Source: Candidatus Kapaibacterium sp. (GTDB lineage: Bacteria; Bacteroidota; Ignavibacteria; Palsa-1295). Taken from it: a DNA stretch of 64,000 bases. Within the stretch, counting starts at the first letter, position 1; every line of letters starts with the position of its first letter. Under the pieces are notes generated by a model. That model did not search any database, was not told the DNA's origin, and was given only the letters and a program-made list of their open reading frames with translations. This document shows, one piece after another, positions 18,418-27,531 of the stretch. A program made the position numbers and the translations under genes. The DNA lies in assembly GCA_038229915.1 (NCBI GenBank), contig JBBRNY010000001.1, positions 33,693 through 97,692 of the forward strand. Reading direction: 5' to 3'.

Positions 18418-20586
18418 TTGCATATTGTACATCGAAACCCTATGACTATTAAGACGATCGTGTTTGTGTTTGTGCTGGCTATTGCCTTTGGCGCAGTGTT
18501 TTATAATACTCGCCGATTGCTCGATTTCCTGCGTATCGGCAAGTGGACCAACCGCTTCGATAATCTGGTCGAGCGCTTCCGTCGCACATTGGTCATAGCC
18601 ATCGGGCAGACGAAGATCTTCCGCGATCCCGTTGCCGGACCGGTTCACGCCTTTATTTTTTGGGGCTTCATCGTCTTGCTCGCCGCTGTGATCGAGTCTA
18701 TCGGCGAAGGGCTGATGGGTCGGTTTTCGCTGTCGTTTTTGGGTGGTGCGTATTCTATTATTACGGTTTCGCAAGATATTTTTGTCTTGCTGATAGTTGC
18801 CTCGGTCGTTGTTGCATGGTGGAGACGGACTGTTTCGAAAGTCAAACGCTTACAAGGTGATAAGCACGAGAAGCTTGATGCACAGGTCGTGCTCTATACT
18901 ATTGGCTTGATCGTCGTGTCATTAACGATGACAAATGCTGCTCGTATCGCAACTGGTGGTATCTACCCGAACGAAGTTCGCCCCCTTGCCTCAGGGATAG
19001 CGAGTTTACTTTGCAGTTGTTCAAGAACCGCGACAATGGGTGAAGTATTTTGGTGGGTGCATATTATTAGTGTGCTCGGCTTTATGAATTATCTGCCATA
19101 CTCGAAGCACTTACACGTGATGACGAGCATCCCAAATGTATTTCTCTCCGATCTCAAACGCAAAAATTACCTCAAGCCGATCAACTTCGAAGATGAATCG
19201 CTCGCCCAATATGGTGTGAAGGATGTCGAAGATATGAGCTGGAAGCAGTTGTTCGATGGCGACACGTGTACACATTGCGGAAGATGTACTTCGGTCTGCC
19301 CGGCAAACTCGACCGGAAAAATTCTTGATCCAAAATGGATCATCATCGCGACACGTGAGCGCATGCTTGACAAAGCACCGTATCTCGTTGCCGAACAGAA
19401 ATTTGGTTTTGATTCGTGGGAATCAGGGATGCAATCGGCATGGTCGGGCGGAAGTTATGCCGGCACGTCCGCAAATTTGCCACCTGCAACAGAAGTAAAA
19501 CATTCAGAACCAACAGCACTGCTCGGCGCAAAACCGAGAATGAGTAAAGAAAACGTCGAGCAAAAGCAATTCATCGGCGACTATATCCCTGCCGAAATGC
19601 TCTGGCAATGCACAACGTGTCAGGCCTGTATGCAAGAGTGCCCTGTGATGATCGAGCACGTTGATGTCATCGTTGATCTACGCCGAAATCTGGTGATGAT
19701 GGAAGCAAACTTCCCGCCTGAGCTACAGCCGGCATTCAGCTCGATGGAAAATAATTTTTCGCCATGGGCATTCAGTCCAAGCGAACGTGCCGACTGGGCA
19801 GAAGGTCTCGGCATCGAAACAATGGCAAGCTACACCGCAACAACTCCTGAGCCGAAAGAAGATCTGGTGCTTTTCTGGGTTGGTTGTGCAGGTTCGTTCG
19901 ATGCTCGTGCGAAAAGTATTTCTCGTGCATTTGCGGAGTTAATGCAGATAGCCGGTATCAACTTTAAGATTCTCGGCACCGAAGAAAAATGCACCGGCGA
20001 CCCGGCGCGTCGTATGGGCAACGAGTATCTTGCACAGACACTGATCAAAGATAATATCGAGACGCTCAATCGCTATAACATCAAAAAAGTAGTTACGACG
20101 TGTCCGCATTGTTTTAATGCGATCAAAAACGAGTGGGGCGATTTCGGGGGCAACTATGAAGTCGTTCATCATACTGAGTATGTCGCAGAGCTTCTCGAAA
20201 AAGGCAATCTTGTTGTCACCGGCGATCTCAAAGAACGCGTGACCTATCATGACTCTTGCTATCTCGGGCGCTCGAATGATATTTATGATGCCCCTCGCGC
20301 GGTGCTCGAAAATATTCCGGGTCTGGAGATCATCGAGATGGATCGCAATAAATCGCGCGGTATGTGTTGCGGTGCAGGCGGCGGACAAATGTGGATGGAA
20401 GAAACGCAAGGTAAGCGCGTCAATATCGACCGCACCGAAGAAGCGCTCGCAACCGAAGCCACAACGATCGCCTCAGCTTGCCCATTTTGTATGACCATGA
20501 TGACCGACGGCGTAAAAACAAAAGACCAAGCCGACCACGTTCACGTCAAAGATATTGCGGAGATATTGTTGGAGGTGGTGAGGTAG
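18418..20586 (+). CDS. membrane-bound (Fe-S)-binding oxidoreductase, HdrD/GlpC-like with N-terminal polytopic domain
   Basis: About 250-aa N-terminal domain with several TM segments and conserved His. Two ferredoxin-type motifs (CTHCGRCTSVCP, CTTCQACMQECP) and two CCG-type Cys-rich domains (TTCPHCFN, CCGAGGG). Confidence 0.8.
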   Translation: MHIVHRNPMTIKTIVFVFVLAIAFGAVFYNTRRLLDFLRIGKWTNRFDNLVERFRRTLVIAIGQTKIFRDPVAGPVHAFIFWGFIVLLAAVIESIGEGLMGRFSLSFLGGAYSIITVSQDIFVLLIVASVVVAWWRRTVSKVKRLQGDKHEKLDAQVVLYTIGLIVVSLTMTNAARIATGGIYPNEVRPLASGIASLLCSCSRTATMGEVFWWVHIISVLGFMNYLPYSKHLHVMTSIPNVFLSDLKRKNYLKPINFEDESLAQYGVKDVEDMSWKQLFDGDTCTHCGRCTSVCPANSTGKILDPKWIIIATRERMLDKAPYLVAEQKFGFDSWESGMQSAWSGGSYAGTSANLPPATEVKHSEPTALLGAKPRMSKENVEQKQFIGDYIPAEMLWQCTTCQACMQECPVMIEHVDVIVDLRRNLVMMEANFPPELQPAFSSMENNFSPWAFSPSERADWAEGLGIETMASYTATTPEPKEDLVLFWVGCAGSFDARAKSISRAFAELMQIAGINFKILGTEEKCTGDPARRMGNEYLAQTLIKDNIETLNRYNIKKVVTTCPHCFNAIKNEWGDFGGNYEVVHHTEYVAELLEKGNLVVTGDLKERVTYHDSCYLGRSNDIYDAPRAVLENIPGLEIIEMDRNKSRGMCCGAGGGQMWMEETQGKRVNIDRTEEALATEATTIASACPFCMTMMTDGVKTKDQADHVHVKDIAEILLEVVR

Positions 20587-20648
20587 AGGATGGAGTGCTC
20601 TGCTTTCGGCACCGAATTGCTGAAGCTACATAAACACAACACTATTAT

Positions 20649-21173
20649 ATGAGCAATTACTACCAACACAAACTATCTGCCGGTGAGCATAATGTTGTTG
20701 TTGCAATTTCGGATACGGAGTGTGGCAAGTTATTTGCCAATGATACTCGGAGTGATATTGGATCCGAAGCCGAGAAAATGAAATTTGCCAATAGTATAAA
20801 TGGTCTTGTTGTTCAATTCATACGACTCGATCATGATGAGACAACCGGTTCGGATATGATCGTTATGGAGCGGCTTTACCCAATGGATTTCAGAAGTATT
20901 GAAGTCGAGAAACGCGAGTTGATTTTTGAGGTGTTTGAATATGAGCTGGCGCAACTCCATAGCGCGGGTTTCGCTCATCACGACCTCAAGCGCCCACACT
21001 CGGAAAAAGGTGAACCATACGATAATATTTTTCTGACTCAGACAGGTATTCGCCTCATTGATGTCGGCATTTCAGTCTTGCGATCACAAGTAGGGAACAA
21101 ACTCTTTGATCGATATTTTGAAGAAGAGATGAAAGAACTTACCGAGTTCAAAAAGTATTTTATAGAACGATAG
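20649..21173 (+). CDS. minimal protein-kinase-like (Bud32/RIO/Kdo-kinase-like) protein
   Basis: 174 aa. Hinge-like MIVMERLYP, catalytic-loop-like HHDLK....DNIFL, and DVG where kinases have DFG (IRLIDVG). Confidence 0.5.
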   Translation: MSNYYQHKLSAGEHNVVVAISDTECGKLFANDTRSDIGSEAEKMKFANSINGLVVQFIRLDHDETTGSDMIVMERLYPMDFRSIEVEKRELIFEVFEYELAQLHSAGFAHHDLKRPHSEKGEPYDNIFLTQTGIRLIDVGISVLRSQVGNKLFDRYFEEEMKELTEFKKYFIER

Positions 21174-21577
21174 TAATCCCCGATCTATTATATATTTCCT
21201 ATGACTAAATCTACCGCCAATAAAAACACGGCGCACTGAGGCGAGTATCGAAGATTTCTAAACACGTTTCTCGACCCACAACGTCGGGCTGATTGTTTTG
21301 CGGTTGCAAAGATGATGGAAGAGGTCACGAAAACCAAAGATGTGGGACACGAGCATTGTTGGTGCTCAAAGAACTGATACAATACAGGATCTCCTACTTA
21401 TCGAAAATGTACAAACAATAATATTGGCATCCATTTAGACCAATATTCATTCCTCCTCAACGAATAAGCAATTCCAAAGAACAACTGAATGAATCACTCT
21501 GGGTTTACTCGGAGTATATCACTTGTGTGATAATAATTATCGCACAACATTCATTCTTTATCCTCGGAATTACTAAT

Positions 21578-22813
21578 ATGAAAACTTTGATACGATTTCT
21601 CTTTTGTGCCACGCTCTTTTATGCCGTCAGTAGCCGGGCACAATGGCATAGTACCCCATCCGGAACGACAGAAACATTTTACGGATCTGCATTTGCCGAC
21701 ACCAACACTGCCTACCTTGCAGGTTGGGATATCAATGGGGCATCGATCTATAAAACAACCGATGGTGGTGAGAGCTTCTCAAGCTCTTGGCATGATGAAA
21801 CCGGATTTTTTATCTTCGGTGTCCATGCTACCGATCCGCACAGTGTGATTGTCTCGGGATACGACCCTACTTGCGGTTGTGCATTGTTATTACAAACCTA
21901 TGACGACGGAATAACTTGGACTAACAGCACATTCTCTTCTTCATTTGGCTTTTATTCGATCGAACAAACAGACCCTACAACATTTCTTGCCGCTGGTTAC
22001 AACGGGAAAATTCTCAAAACCGTAAACTCCGGTAAATTCTGGAGCGAGGCAACCACTGGTACTGACACATTGATCTTTCGTTTTATGAGTTTCGGGGATG
22101 TAAAAACGGGATACGCCCTTGCCGGAACTTTGCCTACTCTTTTTGATAAGATCTTTAAGACGACCGATGGTGGATCAACATGGGCACTACAAAAAGATTT
22201 TGCTTCTACACGCAGTCTCGGCGATATCAAATTCATCGATGCCCAGACGGGATTTTATGTCGGCTCGGATGGACAAGACGCCATTTATAAAACAACCAAT
22301 GGCGGAAGCAGTTGGAAACGCGTGTATCATGGCACCGAATCAACAAGCGTAATGATCGGTATTCGTTTTCAAAACGCCATGGTCGGTTACGCCGCTAACC
22401 AAGGTGGCCGAGTACTAAAAACGACTGATGGCGGAGATCATTGGGTAAGTTCATCCTTCAACGACGGAGTACAATTTGGTACGCTTGCGGTCTCAACAAA
22501 TGGCAAAGTTCTTGCCGCAGGGGTCGATGGAGCCACCTATACAAATTCACTTTCTGCTTCGGTATTCATACCAAAGACCGCAGACAAAGACTATTTCGTG
22601 AGAATCGATGCAAATAAACTATTGGTAGTCGACGATAACGAAGATCAGATCACCGAGATCATCATTCATGATATTTTGGGCAGAGAATTAATTCGTAAAA
22701 ATATGACAGACTCACACGAAATCTCCCTAGCATCGCTTCACAGCGGCACATATTTTTGGAATACGCTTCATAATGGACAAGAGTACTCCCACGGTAAAGT
22801 GATAGTTGAGTAA
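21578..22813 (+). CDS. BNR/Ycf48-like repeat protein with T9SS C-terminal sorting domain
   Basis: Signal peptide MKTLIRFLFCATLFYAVSSRAQ. Four Asp-box repeats (YKTTDGGESF, FKTTDGGSTW, YKTTNGGSSW, LKTTDGGDHW). C-terminal roughly 80-aa T9SS type-A CTD (...EIIIHDILGRELIRKN...GTYFWN...). Confidence 0.8.
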   Translation: MKTLIRFLFCATLFYAVSSRAQWHSTPSGTTETFYGSAFADTNTAYLAGWDINGASIYKTTDGGESFSSSWHDETGFFIFGVHATDPHSVIVSGYDPTCGCALLLQTYDDGITWTNSTFSSSFGFYSIEQTDPTTFLAAGYNGKILKTVNSGKFWSEATTGTDTLIFRFMSFGDVKTGYALAGTLPTLFDKIFKTTDGGSTWALQKDFASTRSLGDIKFIDAQTGFYVGSDGQDAIYKTTNGGSSWKRVYHGTESTSVMIGIRFQNAMVGYAANQGGRVLKTTDGGDHWVSSSFNDGVQFGTLAVSTNGKVLAAGVDGATYTNSLSASVFIPKTADKDYFVRIDANKLLVVDDNEDQITEIIIHDILGRELIRKNMTDSHEISLASLHSGTYFWNTLHNGQEYSHGKVIVE

Positions 22814-22852
22814 GCATTCCCCACTTTCTCAATCTATTGCATTCAAAAAATC

Positions 22853-22900
22853 ATCGCGTCTCTTCTTATCAATGGTATTGTGAGAGAGACGCGATTTGTT
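22853..22900 (+). terminator. candidate terminator hairpin after the BNR gene
   Basis: 11-bp stem ATCGCGTCTCT / AGAGACGCGAT with a long loop, followed by TTTGTT. Confidence 0.4.
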
Positions 22901-22940
22901 ATACTCGCGCCGGATGTAACGAAGCATTAGTATATTCGTA

Positions 22941-23360
22941 GTGACAACTATGAATATTATGAACGACAAAAAAGCATTTACCGAAGAAGAGCTCCGCCAA
23001 CGTTTGACACCGACGCAGTTTCATGTTACCCAAGAAAAGGGCACAGAACGGGCGTTTACTGGCGAGTATTACGATACAAATACCCCTGGGATCTATAATT
23101 GCATCGTCTGCGATACACCGCTGTTTGCCTCGGAGACGAAATTCGATTCCGGTTGCGGCTGGCCCAGTTTTTATCAACCTACAAAAGATGTCGTAGTCAC
23201 TGAGCATGTTGATCGTTCATTCGGAATGATCCGAAAAGAGATCGACTGTGCAACCTGTGGCGCACACTTGGGGCACGTCTTCGATGACGGACCACCGCCG
23301 ACAAATCTCAGATATTGTATCAACTCTGCATCGTTACAATTTAAACCGACCCAATCGTGA
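22941..23360 (+). CDS. msrB: peptide-methionine (R)-S-oxide reductase MsrB (cytoplasmic copy)
   Basis: Two CxxC zinc motifs (CIVCDTPLF, CATCGAHLGHVFDDGP) and the catalytic RYCINSASL. Confidence 0.9.
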   Translation: MTTMNIMNDKKAFTEEELRQRLTPTQFHVTQEKGTERAFTGEYYDTNTPGIYNCIVCDTPLFASETKFDSGCGWPSFYQPTKDVVVTEHVDRSFGMIRKEIDCATCGAHLGHVFDDGPPPTNLRYCINSASLQFKPTQS

Positions 23361-24361
23361 TCTATCGTTCGAAGAATAGAGCACTGCTCCAAAAAAAGGA
23401 AGCTACGCCCACACCCAAAGCAGTCGAGGCACCCGAACTTGGTTTCGGCAATCGCCCGAGTGTGCGAGGCCAGAGACTGGTCAATCAAAATGGGGCGTTC
23501 AATATTACTCGTATTGGCGAAGAAAAGAATCTTCTCAATAATGCATTCCATCAGATTCTTTCGATGGAGTGGGGCAGATTTTTTGGAATGATCTTAATTG
23601 GATTTTTAGTCACCAATATTATTTTCGCCTTTATCTATATTAACTTAGGGGTTGAGAATTTACAAGGAATGATCGGCACATCATTTCTCGATCAGATCAG
23701 CGAAGCATTTTTCTTTAGTACACAAACGCTGACAACACTGGGTTATGGGCGCATCAGCCCCGTAGGTTTTTCAACAAGTTTTGTGGCTTCGATCGAATCA
23801 ATGCTTGGCTTGCTCGCTTTTGCGATGGCAACAGGTTTGCTCTACGGACGCTTCTCGCACCCGGAAGCAAATATTCTTTATAGCAAGAATGCTCTGTTCG
23901 CGCCGTATCACGATGGTGTAGGCCTAATGGTCAGGATGGCAAACGGCAGACGCAACCAATTGATCGAGCTTGAAGCACTGGTTACTCTTGCCAGAAATGA
24001 GATCATTGATGGAGTAAACAAACGGAAGTTTTATGTGCTACCGCTTGAGCTTACAAAAGTATCAGTGTTAGCATCAAGTTGGACGCTGGTGCATCCGGTC
24101 ATCGAAGGCAGCCCATTCTTCGGAATGACATTCGATGAGATCAACGAAAGTGATGGAGAAATACTCGTGCAAATAAAGGCCTACGACGAAACGTACTCGC
24201 AAAATGTCTATTCACGTAGCTCGTTTATGGATGATGAAATTATCGTCGGCGGAAAATTTATCTCGGCAGTATCAGTTGATGAGCAAGGGCACTCGGTGCT
24301 CGATCTGAGGATGATCAGCGATTACGAAATCGTCGAAGTGCCGATAGCACGTAGCGCTTAG
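23357..24361 (+). CDS. inward-rectifier-type potassium channel (KirBac-like)
   Basis: Two TM helices with a pore TLTTLGYG selectivity-filter-like motif, and a C-terminal cytoplasmic beta-rich (IRK-C-like) domain. Overlaps the msrB stop by 4 nt. Confidence 0.75.
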   Translation: MIYRSKNRALLQKKEATPTPKAVEAPELGFGNRPSVRGQRLVNQNGAFNITRIGEEKNLLNNAFHQILSMEWGRFFGMILIGFLVTNIIFAFIYINLGVENLQGMIGTSFLDQISEAFFFSTQTLTTLGYGRISPVGFSTSFVASIESMLGLLAFAMATGLLYGRFSHPEANILYSKNALFAPYHDGVGLMVRMANGRRNQLIELEALVTLARNEIIDGVNKRKFYVLPLELTKVSVLASSWTLVHPVIEGSPFFGMTFDEINESDGEILVQIKAYDETYSQNVYSRSSFMDDEIIVGGKFISAVSVDEQGHSVLDLRMISDYEIVEVPIARSA

Positions 24362-25017
24362 GCCATCAACAACACCTGATCTACCAGCGCTTTGATGCCA
24401 ATGAAGACCTCGTTGAGCGGAGCTTCGTCGTACATATATGCCGGTGTGGTGACGATCTTATGTGCCGCATCAATATGAATTTCACTTGGCTTGGTTTCGA
24501 AATGAATGTGCCCCATTTTGCGAAGCTCCTCCGCTTCGGGTCCGTCGGCTCCGAGGGTGAGTTCGAGCTTCTCGCCTTTGAGTGCAAGCCCAACTAATGC
24601 CGGCGCGATACACACAGCACCGATCGGCATTCCATTGCGATAGGTTTGTTTTATTGCTTGTTCGAGTTCGCGATAAAGAATTTTTCCGCCGGCGCCTTCG
24701 GTTGCAAACGTGCAAAGATTTTTTGCCACGCCGAAACCACCTGGCATAATCAGAGTATCATAATGCAGATCGGATAGTTCGGAAAGCGGTTTGATCTTGC
24801 CCCGAGCGATGCGAGCTGATTCGACAAGAATGTTGCGCGTTTCGCCGACAGCTTTGTTGGAGTAGTGGTTCATTACTGATAATTGTGGCGCATCGGGCGC
24901 AAAGATCTCCACCATGACAGGGTGCTGACTCAATGCCCATAAGACACCAACTGATTCGCGGATCTCGGCACCATCTAAATACCCACAACCTGAAAGGATA
25001 ACGGCAACTGTTTTCAT
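24358..25017 (-). CDS. elbB: DJ-1/PfpI-family protein ElbB (glyoxalase-like)
   Basis: MKTVAVILSGCGYLDGAEI...IMPGGFGAAKNL...VCIAPAL...IVTTPAYM aligns closely with E. coli ElbB. Confidence 0.85.
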   Translation of the reverse strand: MKTVAVILSGCGYLDGAEIRESVGVLWALSQHPVMVEIFAPDAPQLSVMNHYSNKAVGETRNILVESARIARGKIKPLSELSDLHYDTLIMPGGFGVAKNLCTFATEGAGGKILYRELEQAIKQTYRNGMPIGAVCIAPALVGLALKGEKLELTLGADGPEAEELRKMGHIHFETKPSEIHIDAAHKIVTTPAYMYDEAPLNEVFIGIKALVDQVLLMA

Positions 25018-25087
25018 TTTTTCTTTTTTGACAAATCTGATACAGCACTAAACTTTGTATATCATATAGTAAGTTTCTGATAAAACA

Positions 25088-25588
25088 ATGAAATCAACAA
25101 GAATAAGACCAATAGCGATTGCCATCGTCCTTCTTATCAGCACGACGATCGGCTGTACTCGCGCCAAGACTGAAACCATCATCGGCGACACGACGCGCAC
25201 CAAACAACATTTTAGCGACGACGATCTTCGTAAACGCCTCACCAAAGAGCAATACGAAGTGACCCAACACAAAGGCACCGAAGCATCGTATTCGGGAAAG
25301 TATTGGGACAATCACGAAGAAGGAATATACTCGTGCATCGTCTGTGGCACCAAACTGTTCGATTCGAAAACAAAGTTCGAATCAGGCACCGGCTGGCCAA
25401 GCTTTTTCAAACCGATCTCCACTTCAGCAACAAAGAACATTTCCGATAACGGCTACAACATGACGCGCACCGAAGTAACCTGTGCTACGTGCGGCTCGCA
25501 TCTGGGTCACGTCTTCGATGACGGACCGCAGCCAACCGGCTTGAGATATTGTATGAACTCCGCTTCGCTGGATTTTAAGAAGCGATAA
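25088..25588 (+). CDS. msrB: MsrB paralogue with lipoprotein-type signal peptide (exported copy)
   Basis: N-terminal MKSTRIRPIAIAIVLLISTTIGC lipobox, followed by the same CxxC / CxxC / RYCMNSASL MsrB core. Confidence 0.85.
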   Translation: MKSTRIRPIAIAIVLLISTTIGCTRAKTETIIGDTTRTKQHFSDDDLRKRLTKEQYEVTQHKGTEASYSGKYWDNHEEGIYSCIVCGTKLFDSKTKFESGTGWPSFFKPISTSATKNISDNGYNMTRTEVTCATCGSHLGHVFDDGPQPTGLRYCMNSASLDFKKR

Positions 25589-25651
25589 TTACAGAATGAT
25601 TTCTTGGGAGAAACAACTGTTGTAACTTCTTATTTTTAATTTCAAACAAAT

Positions 25652-25695
25652 ATGCGCTTGTCTGGCAGATCATAGGATTTGCCAGACAAGCGCAT
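25652..25695. repeat. perfect 16-bp inverted repeat (stem-loop) in the msrB2 - M42 peptidase intergenic region
   Basis: ATGCGCTTGTCTGGCA, 12-nt loop, TGCCAGACAAGCGCAT. No U-tract follows. Confidence 0.6.
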
Positions 25696-25786
25696 TGAGA
25701 ATTCTATCACGCTGTTCCGAGTACGTAATTCGAGAACCATTCGGTGACGAATTAAAAGAAACTCTCCGAATAATAACTCGTTATCA

Positions 25787-26878
25787 TTGCATTCAAACCT
25801 ATATATTATGACCCCATCACAAGAGCAATTTTTACAGAAGCTGATCGAGACGCCGGGCGTTTCGAACTATGAAGAGAATGTACAATCGTTATGGCGAGAT
25901 GCTGTAAAGCCTTATACCGATAGCATTGAAATTACACCACACGGAAATAATATCTCGACCCTGAAGGGCACTGATGATATTTCGGTGATGATCGTCGGTC
26001 ATGCCGATGAGATCGGCTTGATCGTCAGATATATTAATGGCGATGGTTTTATTTATGTCTCACGAGTCGGCGGAGTTGATCCTGCGATCTTGCCATCGCA
26101 CCGCGTCAGAATTTTTTCGTCAAAAACCGGTGGTTTTGTCACTGGTGTCGTGGGCCGCACGGCTCCGCATCAAACAAAAGATGACGGCGGGGCAAAGAAG
26201 ATTACCTACTCTGATGTATGGATAGATATCGGCGCCACGAATAAAGAAGAAGCCGAAAAATATGTCAACATCGGCGATGTTGTTATTTATGGCGAAGGCT
26301 ACGAAAGATTAATTGATACTCGCGCTACGGCTCGTTGTTTTGATAATCGAATCGGAATTTATATCGTCGCCGAAGTAATGAAAAATCTTCACGCACGAAA
26401 AAGCGAATTGAAAGCAACCGTGTATGGAGTCAGCTCCATTCAAGAAGAGACTGGGGTTTGGGGTGCAGGGCAAGCTGGCTATCATTTGAACCCGACACTT
26501 GCGGTCGCACTTGATGTCACACCTTCGACCGACTCGCCGGGAATTTCGAAAGAACTCTGGGGGCAAGTTGATGTCTCGAAGGGCGCTGTTATTTCAAGGG
26601 GTATTAGAAACAATCGGAAGATCAGTGATCTGATGACCAAGACTGCCGTTGATAAAAAAATACCGTATCAGATCGAAATTGATAACGGTCACACCTCAAC
26701 CGACGCCGACCCGATAAGCCAAGCACGGTCTGGCATTCCAATTACAGTGCTCAGCCCAGCAACACGCTACCTACATTCATCGGTCGAGGTTCTCGACTTG
26801 AATGATATAGATCATTGCGTAAACCTCTTGACGGAATTTATTCTATCGCTCAAAGGTGGGATGGATTTTAGGAATTAA
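25787..26878 (+). CDS. M42 family metallo-aminopeptidase (FrvX/YsdC-like)
   Basis: MIVGHADEIGLIV...FDNRIG motifs. 363 aa. Confidence 0.85.
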   Translation: MHSNLYIMTPSQEQFLQKLIETPGVSNYEENVQSLWRDAVKPYTDSIEITPHGNNISTLKGTDDISVMIVGHADEIGLIVRYINGDGFIYVSRVGGVDPAILPSHRVRIFSSKTGGFVTGVVGRTAPHQTKDDGGAKKITYSDVWIDIGATNKEEAEKYVNIGDVVIYGEGYERLIDTRATARCFDNRIGIYIVAEVMKNLHARKSELKATVYGVSSIQEETGVWGAGQAGYHLNPTLAVALDVTPSTDSPGISKELWGQVDVSKGAVISRGIRNNRKISDLMTKTAVDKKIPYQIEIDNGHTSTDADPISQARSGIPITVLSPATRYLHSSVEVLDLNDIDHCVNLLTEFILSLKGGMDFRN

Positions 26879-26954
26879 AAAACTCCTGAGCATCACGATA
26901 TACATCAGAGGATTCCTCACTTCGCTAAAGCTTCGTTGGGAATGACAACGATGA

Positions 26955-26988
26955 CAAAAAAAGTCCGCCTCTCGGCGGACTTTTTTTT
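26955..26988. terminator. bidirectional rho-independent terminator
   Basis: AAAAAA, AGTCCGCC, TCTC, GGCGGACT, TTTTTTT, between convergent genes. Confidence 0.85.
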
Positions 26989-27526
26989 ACTCTTTGATCA
27001 GATAAATTTTATTGTTCTCCACCTTATAATGCATCGGAACGGCGGTGATCTTCGGATAGGTTTCTCGAAGCCGTTCGGCCTCGCTGACAGCAAATTCAAT
27101 GGCGTCGCCTATTTCCCACTTCGGAGCAGATTCTTCGAAATGCTGAGTCGCTCGCTCCCGAGTCCAGCCGGCACTTTCGACAAGTCCATTGATAAATAAT
27201 TCTTTTCGATCATTCAAATGTACCATACCACAATTATTATGCCCGATAATTGCGATGTGTTGGATCGCTCCGATCGAAAGAGCATACGATACTTTGAATT
27301 CACTATAGCGAAGATTAGCTCCGCCACTTCGAATGATATAGGAGAAGTTATCAGGGATTCGCAAATGTTTGCGGTTATCCATACACATCCCTATCAAAAG
27401 CTTTGCTTGAGTATAGGTGTCGAAGGGGATTTCGAGGTCGTGATATTTCAATAACAACCCGATGGGGGTCTCACGATATTTTTCAGGAATATCGTTCTCG
27501 CTTGTTATTTCTATTAGTCTATCCAT
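26987..27526 (-). CDS. beta-class carbonic anhydrase-like protein
   Basis: CMDNR (where canonical enzymes have CxDxR) and GHNNCG (HxxCG) zinc-ligand motifs, plus an RSGGAN stretch typical of beta-CA. Confidence 0.65.
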   Translation of the reverse strand: MDRLIEITSENDIPEKYRETPIGLLLKYHDLEIPFDTYTQAKLLIGMCMDNRKHLRIPDNFSYIIRSGGANLRYSEFKVSYALSIGAIQHIAIIGHNNCGMVHLNDRKELFINGLVESAGWTRERATQHFEESAPKWEIGDAIEFAVSEAERLRETYPKITAVPMHYKVENNKIYLIKE

Positions 27527-27531
27527 AGTGA

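Noticed and set aside
19939-20409. 156-aa minus-strand ORF inside the Fe-S oxidoreductase gene
   Set aside because: Antisense shadow frame. The plus-strand frame carries all the ferredoxin and CCG motifs.
21337-21402. 20-aa peptide MMEEVTKTKDVGHEHCWCSKN in the 400-bp gap
   Set aside because: No ribosome-binding site and too short to evaluate. Mentioned only because of the HEHCWC cluster.
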